Of a stretch of DNA of 64,000 bases, positions 11,448 through 23,750 are shown piece by piece. The stretch covers positions 4,215,489-4,279,488 of the forward strand of contig CM121342.1 of assembly GCA_051530055.1 (NCBI GenBank). Reading direction: 5' to 3'. Position numbers and translations under genes: made by a program. Under the pieces are notes generated by a model that saw only the letters and a list, made by a program, of their open reading frames with translations, was not told the DNA's origin and searched no databases. Within the stretch, counting starts at the first letter, position 1. Each line of letters opens with the position of its first letter. Source of the stretch: Neoechinorhynchus agilis (lineage: Eukaryota; Animalia; Acanthocephala).

Positions 11448-14065
11448 ATGAGGAAATCAGACGATGGATATAGCGACGGATCAGATTCACCTCCCAGCAC
11501 TATACCTCCAAGAAGGCTCAGGACGATCTCAGCATCGGATAGGTTTTGCAGAAATTCCAAATTACGTCACAATGTGTTCAAATCGCCTACAATCGACGCT
11601 GGTGACGCAGATAATTTGAACGCGCCACTTATCGATCATAATCAACCTGAGAAGACCAACGCTGCCGGGCTCCCTTGCTTCTCTACTGGTTTGTGTCCGT
11701 TTTGCGGTAGGTCTTTTAAATTAACCAATCTGGGGGTTTTGTTTGTCCATGGTCCCCGAGATCTCCGCTGTAGTGGGTCTGGTTCTCCACCACAATTAAC
11801 CGAACCGTTCGTGCCTGAGACCCCTCAGATCACCACTGATTCTATTTCGATACCTGATATCGTGCGGTTTCTGCCCAGGAGCGTCCTGAAACGGATCTCT
11901 AAAGGCGAGCGATATCTGGTCGCCAAAGCATTTACGGGATTCCTCAACGAATGCCATCAAAGGAACCACGTCTCTTCGCTTTCCCACGCTTAGTCCTCTG
12001 CACCAGCGGTGATTCTGGGGTGTCTTTGACATCAACAATCAAGGAAAGGTTGGCCTCCTTTGAACAGACATTTAACGATTTTGAAAGGAATCTCATCGAG
12101 GTTCGTAAGGGACGCACGAAGGAAGAGTTTCGCTGCCGTTTTTCAAAACGATCACTGACTGAGCGTGTTTCTTCGAAGGGGGCTGTTCGGTTATTGTCAT
12201 CCTCCGACAGTTTCGCAAAAGGAGACAGCGAGACGCTACAAATACTCCGGTCGAAGCACCCATGTAGTAGCGGAAGTTTTGAAATTCCATCTCCTCCCAT
12301 ACAAGACAGGACGCCCACTCAAATTTCAGAGTTACAAAAGGCAATCTCATCTTTTGCAAATGGTTCGGGTAACGGGCTTGACGGACTAAGACCTCAGCAC
12401 CTAAAGGACTTTACAACTGGTGAAGCAGCTTTCTCGAATAGTCGACCGCCTGTCTGGAGAGGACCTGAATCCCGTTGCAAAAGACCTATTTTTCGGAGCA
12501 TTATTATGTGCCTTCACAGAAAAAGGAGGTGCGATTGGTCCCATCGCCGTATCTTCGACGACACGCCGACTCGCAGGAAAAATTATCTGTAAACGTATTA
12601 CAGAGAAAACCGGGCAGCAACTTCGCCCAGTCCAACTGGGCTGCTGCGGGGCGGAAGCTATTGTCCACTCGCTCCGAAACTTCACTGCAAGGAGCTCAGA
12701 GTCGTGCTTGATTCTTAAGTGTGATTTTTCAGAATGCCTTTAACTCTCTCAATAGAGAAACCATGTTCTGCGCAATTAGGGATCATGCCCTAGAAGCCCT
12801 CCAGTATTTTCTCAATGCCTTCGCGACGGCGACTGCTTTGCTTTTCGAAGACCACCTCATTTGGTCCGAAAGAGGAGTGCAGCAAGGAGATCCTCTCGGT
12901 CCAATTGCATTCTCCCTAACAGTAAATCCGATAGCGCATTCTCTCCAACGCTACGCCCGGAGGTGATCCCTCCGTTGTATTGCGCGATTTGGAGACGCTG
13001 ATTAGGGAGACCTCGAAGATGGGCATTGAGCTTAATGCTGGAAAATGTGAGCTCCTTGTATTGAATATTGGAGACGCCGCCAAAGTCAAAGAACTAATGG
13101 CTGGGTTCGAGGCCGTAGCTCCAGGCCTGAAACTCGTGACTCTGGAACAACTCAGCCTCCTGGGCAGTTGCGTCTTCGATTCAAATGTGGAAGATGAGAT
13201 CGGCCATATCATACCGAAACTTTCGTTGCTGTGCGATAGGGTGAGCGCTCTCTCGGCTCATGAAGCGTTATTTCTGATAAAGAACGCACTCTTCATCCCC
13301 AAATTATTGTACAAAGTTCGCACAGCAACATTTTTCAAACATAAGGAAGGATTGGCTAAGCTCGACGGCAAGGTGAGGGCTTGTCTCGAGCGTATTTTAA
13401 ATGTCCAGCTCTCAGATGAGGCGTGGCGACAAGCTTCTTTGCCTGTGTCATCTGGGGGATTGGGAATTCGGGCACTAGTGGACCTTGCTTTGCCGGACTT
13501 TTTTGGATCGTTTGAGGGGAGCCTATCAGTCTCGAAGAACATTTTGAAGGAAAAGTTGTGTCTTGACCGGGATTTCGTGGTGGCGGTTGAGGAATGGTGC
13601 CAGCAGACAGGCGCTAACCATGTTTCCGTGAATGGCCTCAGACAGTCGATCTGGGACGGACCTCCCGCAGCGAGAGCTCATAGCTCTCTACTTTCAGGTT
13701 CTCGCGATGGGGTCGTCCGAGCTAGACTGTTGGAAGTTTCAACACGAGAATCTGGGCGTGGTTGGAGGCTGTTCCTCTGGCATCAGTGGGAACTCTTCTC
13801 ACTGATGAGGTAACGAGGATCGCAGTATCCTTAAGACTTGGTCGCCCGATATGCACGCCCCATCGCTGTCGATGTGGGTCTTTGGTTGATGCTTTCGGGC
13901 GACACGGTCTCGTCTGCCGAAAGTCAGGAGGAAGGTTCTCACGCCATTCTGAAATCAATAACGCAATTTCTCGAGCGTTGAGAACGGCGAACTTCCCGAA
14001 CATCCTGGAACCCGCCCACCTCTGTAGACTAGACGGCCGTAGGCCCGATAGAATTTCGGTCTTTG
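11448..14065 (+). mobile_element. Near-full-length but inactivated CRE-clade non-LTR retrotransposon (zinc finger, RT, CCHC, truncated restriction-like endonuclease)
   Basis: N-terminal CPFC..HGP..CSGSG finger; GLDGLRPQHL; DFQNAFNSL; GVQQGDPLGP; CRCG..GRHGLVC; RHSEINN..EP..DGRRPD. There are at least 5 frameshifts, the YLDD segment is missing at ~12945 and the element is cut at 14065. Confidence 0.93.
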
Positions 14066-15037
14066 ACCGAAACTCCCATTAAACTTTCACCTCCTGGAAA
14101 ATCTCTGATTTAATCTAAAGAACATTGATGAAGCAAAAGCGATTAAATAATTTGAGCATTTTGTTATGCTAATCGTAGAATTTCCTGGTTTATTTACAAT
14201 TAAATTTACTCTTAAAATACCGACAAACTACTTTCCGTTGACGAATATTGACTTTAAAACGATCCGATCGATCTCCAATAAATAAAAGTAATCGAGAAAA
14301 GCAAATTTGGAGACGCGTGTTAAATTCAATTTTAATGAAAAAAAGTTGATCGATGAAATCCGAAAAGATGGTTAAAGTGCAAAACTTTCTTGAATCGAAC
14401 GAAATTCGCTCTGATTTTTTTGACTGTTGATCAGCTTGCGGTCGCGTCTTTAAAAACAAATCGGGCACTTCAAGGTTTGTTCACAATTCGATCAAAACGG
14501 TTTAATTTTTGCTTTATAATAAATTATTAATGGCTCCCATGAATATTTCTTCAATGTAAAGTTTTATTGGGTAATTAAGAAGCCTACAATTAAAGGTAGG
14601 CAGAAACTATTTCTCCGCCCGTCTACACTAAGCTATCGGTTAAGGATGTTTAAAAAGTTGGACAGCATTGAGGTGGTCCACAGGGCGGCGATCCACAGAG
14701 TCCAGGACCGCCAAATCCACCACAGCCGCCGATCAGGAACGGAAGCAGGAACAAAATGTAGATTAGAAATATTCCAGGTCCAAAGAAGACTAAAGATAAA
14801 GTTGTTAAAAGGTTAAGACATCTTATAACTCACATCTCTTGCCACGTTCAACTTTCATTGGCACTTTTCCGCTTTTGACGGCAAACTCCACCAAAGATTT
14901 GTCGAGATCGTCCTCTGATACCCATTTTGCATCTTTTCTTGCAGCGGCGGCGGCACTGAGAGTGCAGAATGCGAGGGCGGCAATGAGTGAGATCAATAAA
15001 AAGGATTTCATTTTGAGGTTAATGATCGAGAATGATT
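14066..15037. repeat. Inverted copy of the 972-bp block 4274-5245
   Basis: Reverse-complement near-identity, including the peptide gene with its intron. Confidence 0.95.
14650..15011 (-). CDS. Secreted prepropeptide, copy 3 (105 aa; exons 15011-14834 and 14789-14650)
   Basis: Intact frame and 44-nt intron. Two replacements versus copy 1 (A>T in the signal peptide, M>I after the hydrophobic segment). Only 26 nt of the shared upstream sequence is retained. Confidence 0.75.
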
Positions 15038-15693
15038 GTCCTATCGCTTTCGACGGCAGACAATCAAGCGATTGGTTGAATTGTTTTTAGTTCAACATAC
15101 AAATCGACGTTCAAAAACGATCAGAGCGATCTTTTTATTTAATAAATAGATTTTCGGCATTTTAAATTGGGTTACAATTAGCATTCACGGCGAAGAATAC
15201 TTACAATAAATTGGAAAACATCCGGATTATTGTTTTAGACTTAAAAGTTTACTAGTCGATATGACCGGAGTTGGCAACTTGATTTAAATGCTATGAATTT
15301 GAGTTATGCCCTCATTTTTATTTATTTTTTGCGCCATATACAACTAAATCTTCAAACATTTGTTTGGTAGAACCATTTTAGAAACTTTTAAGAGCCATTA
15401 ATTTTCTTTCTTCGGAAAAAGATTCATCTTTTGTACCATTGAGACGATTGCTTTTAGGCGTTACAAACACTACTTTTCCCCCCTTGCTATTCGACTTCCA
15501 TATTTTGATTAAAATCTATCATTGGAGACAGATCATCTCGATCGCAATAAGAGCCGAACTGATCGACGTCCGTAATTCCGATCACGGCTGTCAGATTAAG
15601 CCAAAATCAGTTCCAAAGTCTCATTTCTGTTCCGCATACAATGCTGATGCGATCCTTATCAGCGAATTGTTACTGATAAATGTTTATTTTTTT

Positions 15694-16560
15694 TTAATAA
15701 TTGATTCCCGGATAAATTCTGAACATGAAGTTCTATTTAAACTCTAAAAAGTACGATCTTTGAATTCTTATAAAATGGCTTCCCAATTCGGAACTTTAAA
15801 GAAAGATTCTAGATTTCGATGGTTTAATAATTGATTCCCGGATAAATTCTGAACATGAAGTTCTATTTAAACTCTAAAAAGTACGATCTTTGAATTCTTA
15901 TAAAATGGCTTCCCAATTCGGAACTTTAAAGAAAGATTCTAGATTTCGATGGTTTAATAATTGATTTCCGGATAAATTCTGAATATGAAGTTCTATTTAA
16001 ACACTAAAAAGTACGATCTTTGAATTCTTATAAAATGGCTTCTCCATTCGGAACTTTAAAGAAAGATTCTAGATTTCGATGGTTTAATAATCGATTTCCG
16101 GATAAATTCTGAATATGAAGTTCTATTTAAACTCTAAAAAGTACGATCTTTGAATTCTTATAAAATGGCTTCTCCATTCGGAACTTTAAAGAAAGATTCT
16201 AGATTTCGATGGTTTAATAATCGATTTCCGGATAAATTCTGAATATGAAGTTCTATTTAAACTCTAAAAAGTACGATCTTTGAATTCTTATAAAATGGCT
16301 TCCCAATTCGGAACTTTAAAGAAAGATTCTAGATTTCGATGGTTTAATAATTGATTCCCGGATAAATTCTGAATATGAAGTTCTATTTGAGCTCTAAAAA
16401 GTACGATCTTTGAATTCTTATAAAATGGCTTCCCAATTCGGAACTTTAAAGAAAGATTCTAGATTTCGATGGTTTAATAATCGATTTCCGGATAAATTCT
16501 GAATATGAAGTTCTATCTAAACACTAAAAAGTACGATCTTTGAATTCTTATAAAATGGCT
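15694..16560. repeat. Tandem array A3: 130-bp unit x~6.7
   Basis: t(t/c)gatt(c/t)ccggataaattctgaa recurs at 15701, 15831, 15961, 16091, 16221, 16351 and 16481. A degenerate completion of the last unit follows a ~35-nt insertion. Confidence 0.97.
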
Positions 16561-17345
16561 GATTTAAACTTCTCAAAATATTCCTTAACCGATTATTCCC
16601 ATTCGGAGCTTTGAAAAAGGATTCTTCGACGGTTTTGAATGTTAAAAAAGGATTTAATTATGATGGGGTTTTTTTTAAACATTCAGAGGTGTTAAATGTA
16701 AAAAAAGGAAGGTCTATAATTATTTCATTTGATGTAAATCCAATTCCAAATAAAGTTCAATTACGTTTAAGAAGTGTTCAATATTGACACTATCACGCAT
16801 TCACCAAAGGAGCGTTCGGCTGCCACATTAATCCGTCGTACCATCGACGTGTTGATTGCATTAAGTTTGATGGCGACGATGGTGGGATCGTTGCTGAGAC
16901 CATAAGAAATGGAAAACGTCTCGTGCGTTGAGAATCCTTCGAAATAGAAAGTTCGCTTATCCACGATGATCTAATCGAAGATTTTCTCTCTTTTGAATAT
17001 TATACCGAAAAATTGATTTTTGTCCACCAAAATTACGCTGTTCGTATTTAAAACAAAAATAATCTATTTCTTGTTCGGAATCGTTCCGGAATTCGAAAGC
17101 TCGAAAATGCCTCTTGAGGATTGAATTGTTAATATTTTTTGTGTCGGTGAAGAATTGAACGCATTTTAGTGAATTCGATAGAAAACATTCAATTTTTCCG
17201 CTATAAAAAACTTTTTATTCTCTCTCGAAGACAAATCCGATTCTACTTTTAAATATGAGAAATCGTTGGCATTTAAGTTACTTTTGTACTGATTTTAAAC
17301 ATTAAGAATTGAACCTGGGAGGTTCGTTGGGGTTTTTAATGAAAA

Positions 17346-18210
17346 TTACACCACCACCGCCTCTTTGGATCTCTCACCCAGGCGTCCTGGTGTAACGGTC
17401 GAAAAGATGGATGCAGTCGTCGTTCCCAATGCTCCTGTCCTCGGATCGCCAGTGATTCGTCTATTCAACCAGGGCAGAGGGTCTCGATGTCGATGGAAAC
17501 GAAATAATGATTTCGACCCAGCGGTCCTCAGCGGCGGTCGCTTCTCCCCTGATTTAATGCTTCCCTTGGCCACGGGAATACTGTGACATCGTCCGGTCTA
17601 CGGCTATCGAGTCGACAAGGAATTATTAAGCTCTAGGATGTTGGACACATTCACGAAATTCAGGACACGACTAAGAGAGTTACGTTCACTTCGGCGTGTC
17701 GTGAGTACCTTCCGCCTGATTGCCGATTTCCGTGGCATCTCGATGGTTCCACGGTCGCTCCGCACCGGCAACGATTGGGATAGCGTTGAGCCAAGCACCC
17801 GATTCTCCAGTAGAGACTGCCGCCAATCGAGTTCGGTTCACCGGGTCACGAGAATCTGAAATTAAAGAGTTGAGAATTCTCGCTACCCGGGGTGAGTCCC
17901 AAAAAGGATTGTTTGCAACCATTGACGGGTACCTGCTCGCTGCCTGAATCTCCACACCAAAGATAAAGAGCCTCCAGGAAACCTTCATTTAAAGTGTAAT
18001 TCTCGTCAAGAAAGGATTGAACTATTCTACGGCTTGCTTCATACGATCCCAAATAAGAGGCGATCAGAGAAATATCGGCTGCTTTTCGGATACCCAAACC
18101 TCCAAGACCGCAGAGGCAAGGGCGTTCGACGCCGGGTCTCATCCAGCATAGAATTTTCTCGAGAGATGCTTTCACCGTCTCGTCTAATTTTGCCAGCTGA
18201 TCCTTATGTC
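17346..18210 (-). mobile_element. CRE-clade retrotransposon fragment (late RT to endonuclease), internally deleted
   Basis: Encodes GGLGIR, RLAAVSTGESGAWLNAIP, RRPDDVTVFPW and TGDPR. Matches 5246-5660 (direct) and 30240-30570 (inverted). Confidence 0.88.
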
Positions 18211-18612
18211 TAGTGTTTAAGAAATTAGACAATGTGCCTTTGGCTCCTCATCACCGTTGGATCCTCTCCATGTACTTTTTTGATCCTCAGTATCTTTTGG
18301 TCCCCTTTTTACGTTTGAATCCTCTGTATTTTTTAGGTCTTCTGTCACAAAAAACCAACTGAAATACATAATTATATCGTTAGACCATTTCAAAGTTTAT
18401 AAGAACACAAAATAAAAATGTTTATCTTCGTCTTGCACCGCACTCATTCGCCGCTCCCACCGTGGGATTCGCGGAATCTAGGATACGCAAAATCGTTGCA
18501 TACGCCCGCTCATATGATGATGATGATGATGTTACTGCTTCCTCCATCGAAGCATCCGTTTTTCTTGATATACACAAAAGCTAAAACTCCATCCGATCAA
18601 CCCGTATGCGAA

Positions 18613-21600
18613 ATGTCACTAAGAGACACCCGCAACGATCATTTAAACCGAAAACACAAGTCCGAGATTGCATCGTGTGAGTTCGACTTCAACAATCAAT
18701 GTAAGATTCGATCAAAAAGTAAACGATATATCTGTGTTTAACTTGATTTTTAGCTTATGGGTCAACTTACGACCTTGAGGAGAAACCACATATCGATCTA
18801 TATCGCCGACCGGACACTATTACTGGCGATTTCAGGGAACGTCCTGCTTTGTTCGATCTGCATGAAAGTGTAAGTGAGAAATGGGTTCGCGTGTTTTCTT
18901 ATCACTTACAAACTGAAATGTTAAATCCGCTATTTTCCTTCAATGTTTCACCGACTTTCCTGAGCGATATTGCTCAAAACGCCACCCCCCCCACACAATA
19001 GAAGGATCACCAACATTTGTTTCAATCGTTCCGTTCGATTCCATCATGTCAAAACCAAAGAATAGCCCCTGATAAAGTAGTCAAGTTAGGATGGTGCTCT
19101 GGAGTTGTATTGCGTGGAGTTCTATCAATCATTGGTCAACTTCTCTTCTTACGACTCAGTTGGGTTATGGGGGAAGCTGGACTCGTTATGGGCTTTGCAA
19201 GTATCATATTCTCGGTCGTAATGAACCTTCTCTCTAAATGTAAGATTCGACAAATGTTCTAGGGAAGTCTATGGTCGAATCTTACAAGCTACGCTGTCAC
19301 TTTGTGCAATTGCAACCAATGGATTGATTGAAGGAGGCGGAACATACTTTCTTCTTTCTAGAACACTCGGTCCTCAATGGGGCTTAGTAACTGGTGTCCT
19401 ATTGAGTGTTTCAAACTGTCTTTTTACATCCTCGTGCCTTATTGGATTCGCTGAAACAGTTCGGGCAATTTTAACCGACTACCAAGTTCCATTAATTATT
19501 AGTTGGACAGATGATCTTAGAATTATAAGCAATGTAGCACTCGTATTTCTTATCTTGATCGTTATTGTCAATATCAGATTTGAGACAGTTGTACGTATTT
19601 TTTCGAGATATTTTAACTACATTCCAATTACCATTCAATCCGCATAGTGCATGTACGTGTTCTTGGTCATGTTAAGCGTTAGTCTGATTAACTTTTTGAT
19701 CGGTACATTCCTTCAACCGGATCTCGAAAAAATCTCAAAGGGAATAATTGGTATGTCGACTCATGCACTAAAGGCGAATCTGAAACCAAAACTCACGAAC
19801 GGAACGTCGATGGGCGAGATTTTCGGGATTGTGTTTACCGCAATGACGGGAGTACTCGCTGGAGTTAACATGTCTGAAAATCTTAAGGTTTGTCCTTTGT
19901 TCAAAACTAATTTTTACTGACAAAAATCATGTCCATAGGAGCCAAACAAAGCTATCCCAAAAGGAACAATCATCGCAACACTTTTATGTGGTGTCATTTA
20001 GGGCAAGGATCTTTAAATCCAATTTTGTCTTTTATGAGATTATGAAGATTCTTGGTTTTACATCTCCGCAGGGCTCCTCTGTGTTCTTACAATGTTGCCA
20101 CAAGCTCCAGGGTCAATAAAACTTATGTTCAATCTTTCACAAGATGCATCTTTTCTTAATTGTAAGTAGTTTCGTGCTATTGTCTTGTTCTATTCGGGTT
20201 TTTTTTGCTTCCGATCGTCAGTTTTATACCTTTTTCGTAAAAGTTAACAGATTCCATTCATTTTTTAGTCGGATTAAGCAATTGTTTAAAGTGTTGCACT
20301 TGTAAAATTATAAATTAATTGTACGTTGGCGAATCTTGTCTCATTTATTTGAGAAATATTTCGTAGAAAACTTAGAAGCAATAGAGATTGAAGAGGCAAG
20401 GAAAACCTTGCGAAATATTTCTCAAATGAGACAGGATTCACCCCGATTACAATGATACATGAAATCGATTAATATCGCAAGATTCCCTTCCCGAATACAG
20501 TCCAAGAAAATAATTAATGGTAGAATTCATTGCACTTTTAAAATAATGTACATTCTAGGATTAAATCGTCCCCCGGACGCTGACCGCATTTCCTCGTTGG
20601 ATTGCGAGGCTTATTCTTTGTATCAGGAAAATCCTCTCGCTTCGCTGTCGTCGTCCGAGTTCGGCACAAAAGCTTCGTGCCGAAGATCCCAGCGCCCCTT
20701 GTGTCTCCACGTCGAAAGGAAGGAAAATGTAATTTTGTTTGAGCTCATTGTATTTCTCCGCTTTCCTCCTTTCGGCAGCACTCGCTGCTCCTCCCATCTC
20801 CGCTTAGGTTTTCACCGCTAAAACTTTAAAAAAAACACGAATCGTACAGGTACTCACAGATTCAAGTATCCAATTGTTGAACTCATATGCGTAAAAGGAC
20901 AAGATGATTCAACGACCTCAACCGTTTTTAATTTCCTAAATAACCCATTGAATTCGTCTGCGATGCGGTCAGGCTTACTCAATGATTATAACATGATGAA
21001 AAGCACGAGTGCCTTTGGCTTGTTAACATATTTCGGCATAATCGCGGCTTCTCTTTCCTCTGCATCAGCTAATTTTGTTGCAGGACCTAAAGTATTTCAG
21101 GTACTTGTATTTGGCTAAAATCATAAACTTTAGAAAACTTTAGGCCTTATGCCGCGACAAGATACTACCTCGTTTCTTCACGTATTTCGCCGCAGGGGCA
21201 TCGAGGACGGATGAACCCCGCCGTGCTTATATTCTTACATTTGTCATCGTATCAGTTTTTAACCTTATTGGAAGTCTCAACGTAGTTTCGATCATTGCAG
21301 CCGAATGCACGATGGTCTGTTATGTTCTTATAAACTACGCTTGCTCATCAGTGACACTTTCTCGATCTCTCGGGTGGCGACCGACATTTCGATGGTACAA
21401 TGAGTATCTAAGTCTGATTACAATGCTCGTTACATCCATAATGATGTTTGTGGTCAATTGGCCGATCGCAATCGTAACCGGACTTATAGTTGTGACCTTG
21501 CTAACTATAGCACATCGAAGCAGTCTCAGTAAAATCTCTCATTATTGACTCTCTTTTTTTGAAATATGTTTAGATGTCGATTGGGGATCGTCGACTCATG

Positions 21601-23750
21601 CAAGACTTTACACCAAAGCTCTCGTTAATTTGCAAAGACATGTGAATCTTGATCCACACGTGAAGAACTTTAGACCGCAATGTCTCGTGTTGTCCGGATT
21701 TCCTAGTGATCGCCGGCACGTGCTTTATTTCATTCGTCAAGTAATGAAATCTCATTGTCTTGTTATCGCTGGAAACGTGGTCATGGTGAGTACTTGGCCT
21801 TTTTGGGTTGGTTATCCCGAAGACCAGCGAACCTCGTCGAGGTCATCATAATAACACGTTTAAATGTCGATATGCGACTTTTCGTTTAAAAAATCATCAG
21901 TTTGTTAGCAGTAGACGATATCGATCCCGACGAAGTTCGCAGAACTTTTCAATCGAAAAAAAACGCGGGTATGAAGACTTCTAACCAATATTTCCAATAA
22001 CACGTTCATTAAATGTATTCAATCAATCTTCATTTCTCGACAATTAACACACTCACCACCTCCCGCCGAATTCCAGCTTTTGTCCTTCCTCGACCGTCGC
22101 CATCACGCTGGCAGCATTGCCCCGTTGTACTGTTAGCGAGATATTTTGTCGAAGGAATACGCCTGCTCTTGAGTCTCCGGTCGTTTCTCTCAATTTCTTC
22201 GAGAGATCCTGGAGCAGAGTGCCGAGCTGCCGAGCGCTCCAAGTGAGCCTCGATAAGTGAAGATATTTCCGTATTTTCCTCCCTTCCGCTGCATTGGCGA
22301 CACCACCGGCGATTTCGAGGGAGTAGGGGATGTTGCTGGTTAATTAAAGATAAAATCCATTTGAAATATTTCGTCCAATCACGCTGGATTTCTTCAGTCA
22401 ATTATCATCTCAACTTTAGGGAATAATCTGTCTTGTTTATTAACAAAGAAAAGGACCCATGTATCGAGTTTTTTTTAACAGAGCGTCACTTTGAACTAAA
22501 ACAGCTTTTACCTTTTAATGGATTTTTTTAATATTTTGAACCAAATTCAGTTATTTTTTCCAACTTAGACTGATTGTTCATTAATTCCGTTTTTTCTTTC
22601 CTTTTTTTGCAAGGACGATGAACGCCCCATGGCTTTAAAAACACGAGACTGTAAGTCGGCTCAGCAATGGCTCAATGAAAATGGATTCAAATTCTTTTAC
22701 TGCCAAGTAGATGGAAATAGTTTACGAGAAGGTGTAAGAAATATGATGCAGGTGAGATAAATTAAAAATGACTTGCTAATTTACACTTAAACAGTGTGCC
22801 GGACTTGGTCAAATGCGACCAAACATTCTCACAATGGGCTTCAAATCCAATTTTAATCACGTTGAAGAAATCGAGAAATCCCTTGAATATTTCGAAATTA
22901 TTCAGTAAGTGTTTGTGGTGTTTAAAACTATTGTTTTCAATAACCTTCGACCAGTGACGCTTACGATATGTTCATGGGTGTAATGATTGTAAGAATCCGT
23001 GAGCATAATTCAGATTTGTGGCCCAATGAAGGGGATGATAAAAAGACAACGACTGATTTGACGGACTTTAAAATCCAGACAACCAACCGTGAATTCACGA
23101 TTCAATGTACCTCCGACGACAATACACTCACTGATTCTGGTTCGAACTTGGCTATACCACAAGATACAAAATTAGAAGATTCTCCAATTATCGAAGCACT
23201 CGCTGCAAAGCATAAGGGTTCCATTGATGTCTGGTGGCTGTTTGATGACGGTGGACTCAGTGCTCTTCTACCTTACATGTTGAGTCAATCCCGGAAATGG
23301 AAAGATTGCCAACTGAGAGTGTTCAGCATTATTCATAGTTCCGAAGATAAAGAAACAATCGAAAGTATGGCTCATTTACTCTCTCTTTTACGTATCAAAT
23401 GTGAATCTATTCATGTTGTTGATCACTTCGATGAAGCGGAAGAGGCTGAATCTCTCGCACACTTCAACGGACGATTGTCTGTCTTAATGGAACATAATGG
23501 TAAAGATAGCCTTATGGAAAGTGATATCATTCGAAATGAAACTAAGACTTTACAACACGTCCGACTCCGTAATTGCGTCCGTAAATATAGTGTAGGTGCT
23601 GATGTCGTATTCATTACAATGATTGTTCCACGGAAAAAGAGCATCCCAGGTCTTTTGTATCTATCTTGGTTGGACTATGTGAGCGAAGCACATCCAACCG
23701 TTTGTTTCGTCCGAGGAAACCAAGAAAACGTACTCACGTATTATACATAA
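18613..23750 (+). CDS. Cation-chloride cotransporter, NKCC/NCC-type SLC12 (multi-exon)
   Basis: Spliced pieces give PHIDLYRR..RPALFDLHE, VKLGWCSGVVLRG, GGGTYFLLSRTLGP, FTAMTGVLAGVNMS, KNFRPQCLVLSG, RPNILTMGFK, IDVWWLFDDGGL and VRGNQENVLTYYT*. The start codon is inferred from splice phase. Confidence 0.92.
20558..20820 (-). mobile_element. CRE 3'-terminal fragment inside an SLC12 intron
   Basis: AERRKAEKYNEL..FLPFDVETQGALG..QRISLAIQRGNAVSVRGTI*, the C-terminus of the restriction-like endonuclease. Confidence 0.9.
22030..22320 (-). mobile_element. Degenerate CRE endonuclease C-terminal fragment inside another SLC12 intron
   Basis: Frameshifted matches to the AA..K..KY, ET.G, RL..TG..S..YL and QRG motifs; GC-richer than the surrounding intron. 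Confidence 0.65.

Noticed and set aside
18514-18531. (ATG)6 microsatellite
   Set aside because: Trivial simple repeat.
15420-18560. Short minus-strand open segments at 15420-15660, 16767-16970 and 18220-18550
   Set aside because: They could be exons of a gene disrupted by A3 or CRE insertions, but there is no motif or splice-phase support.
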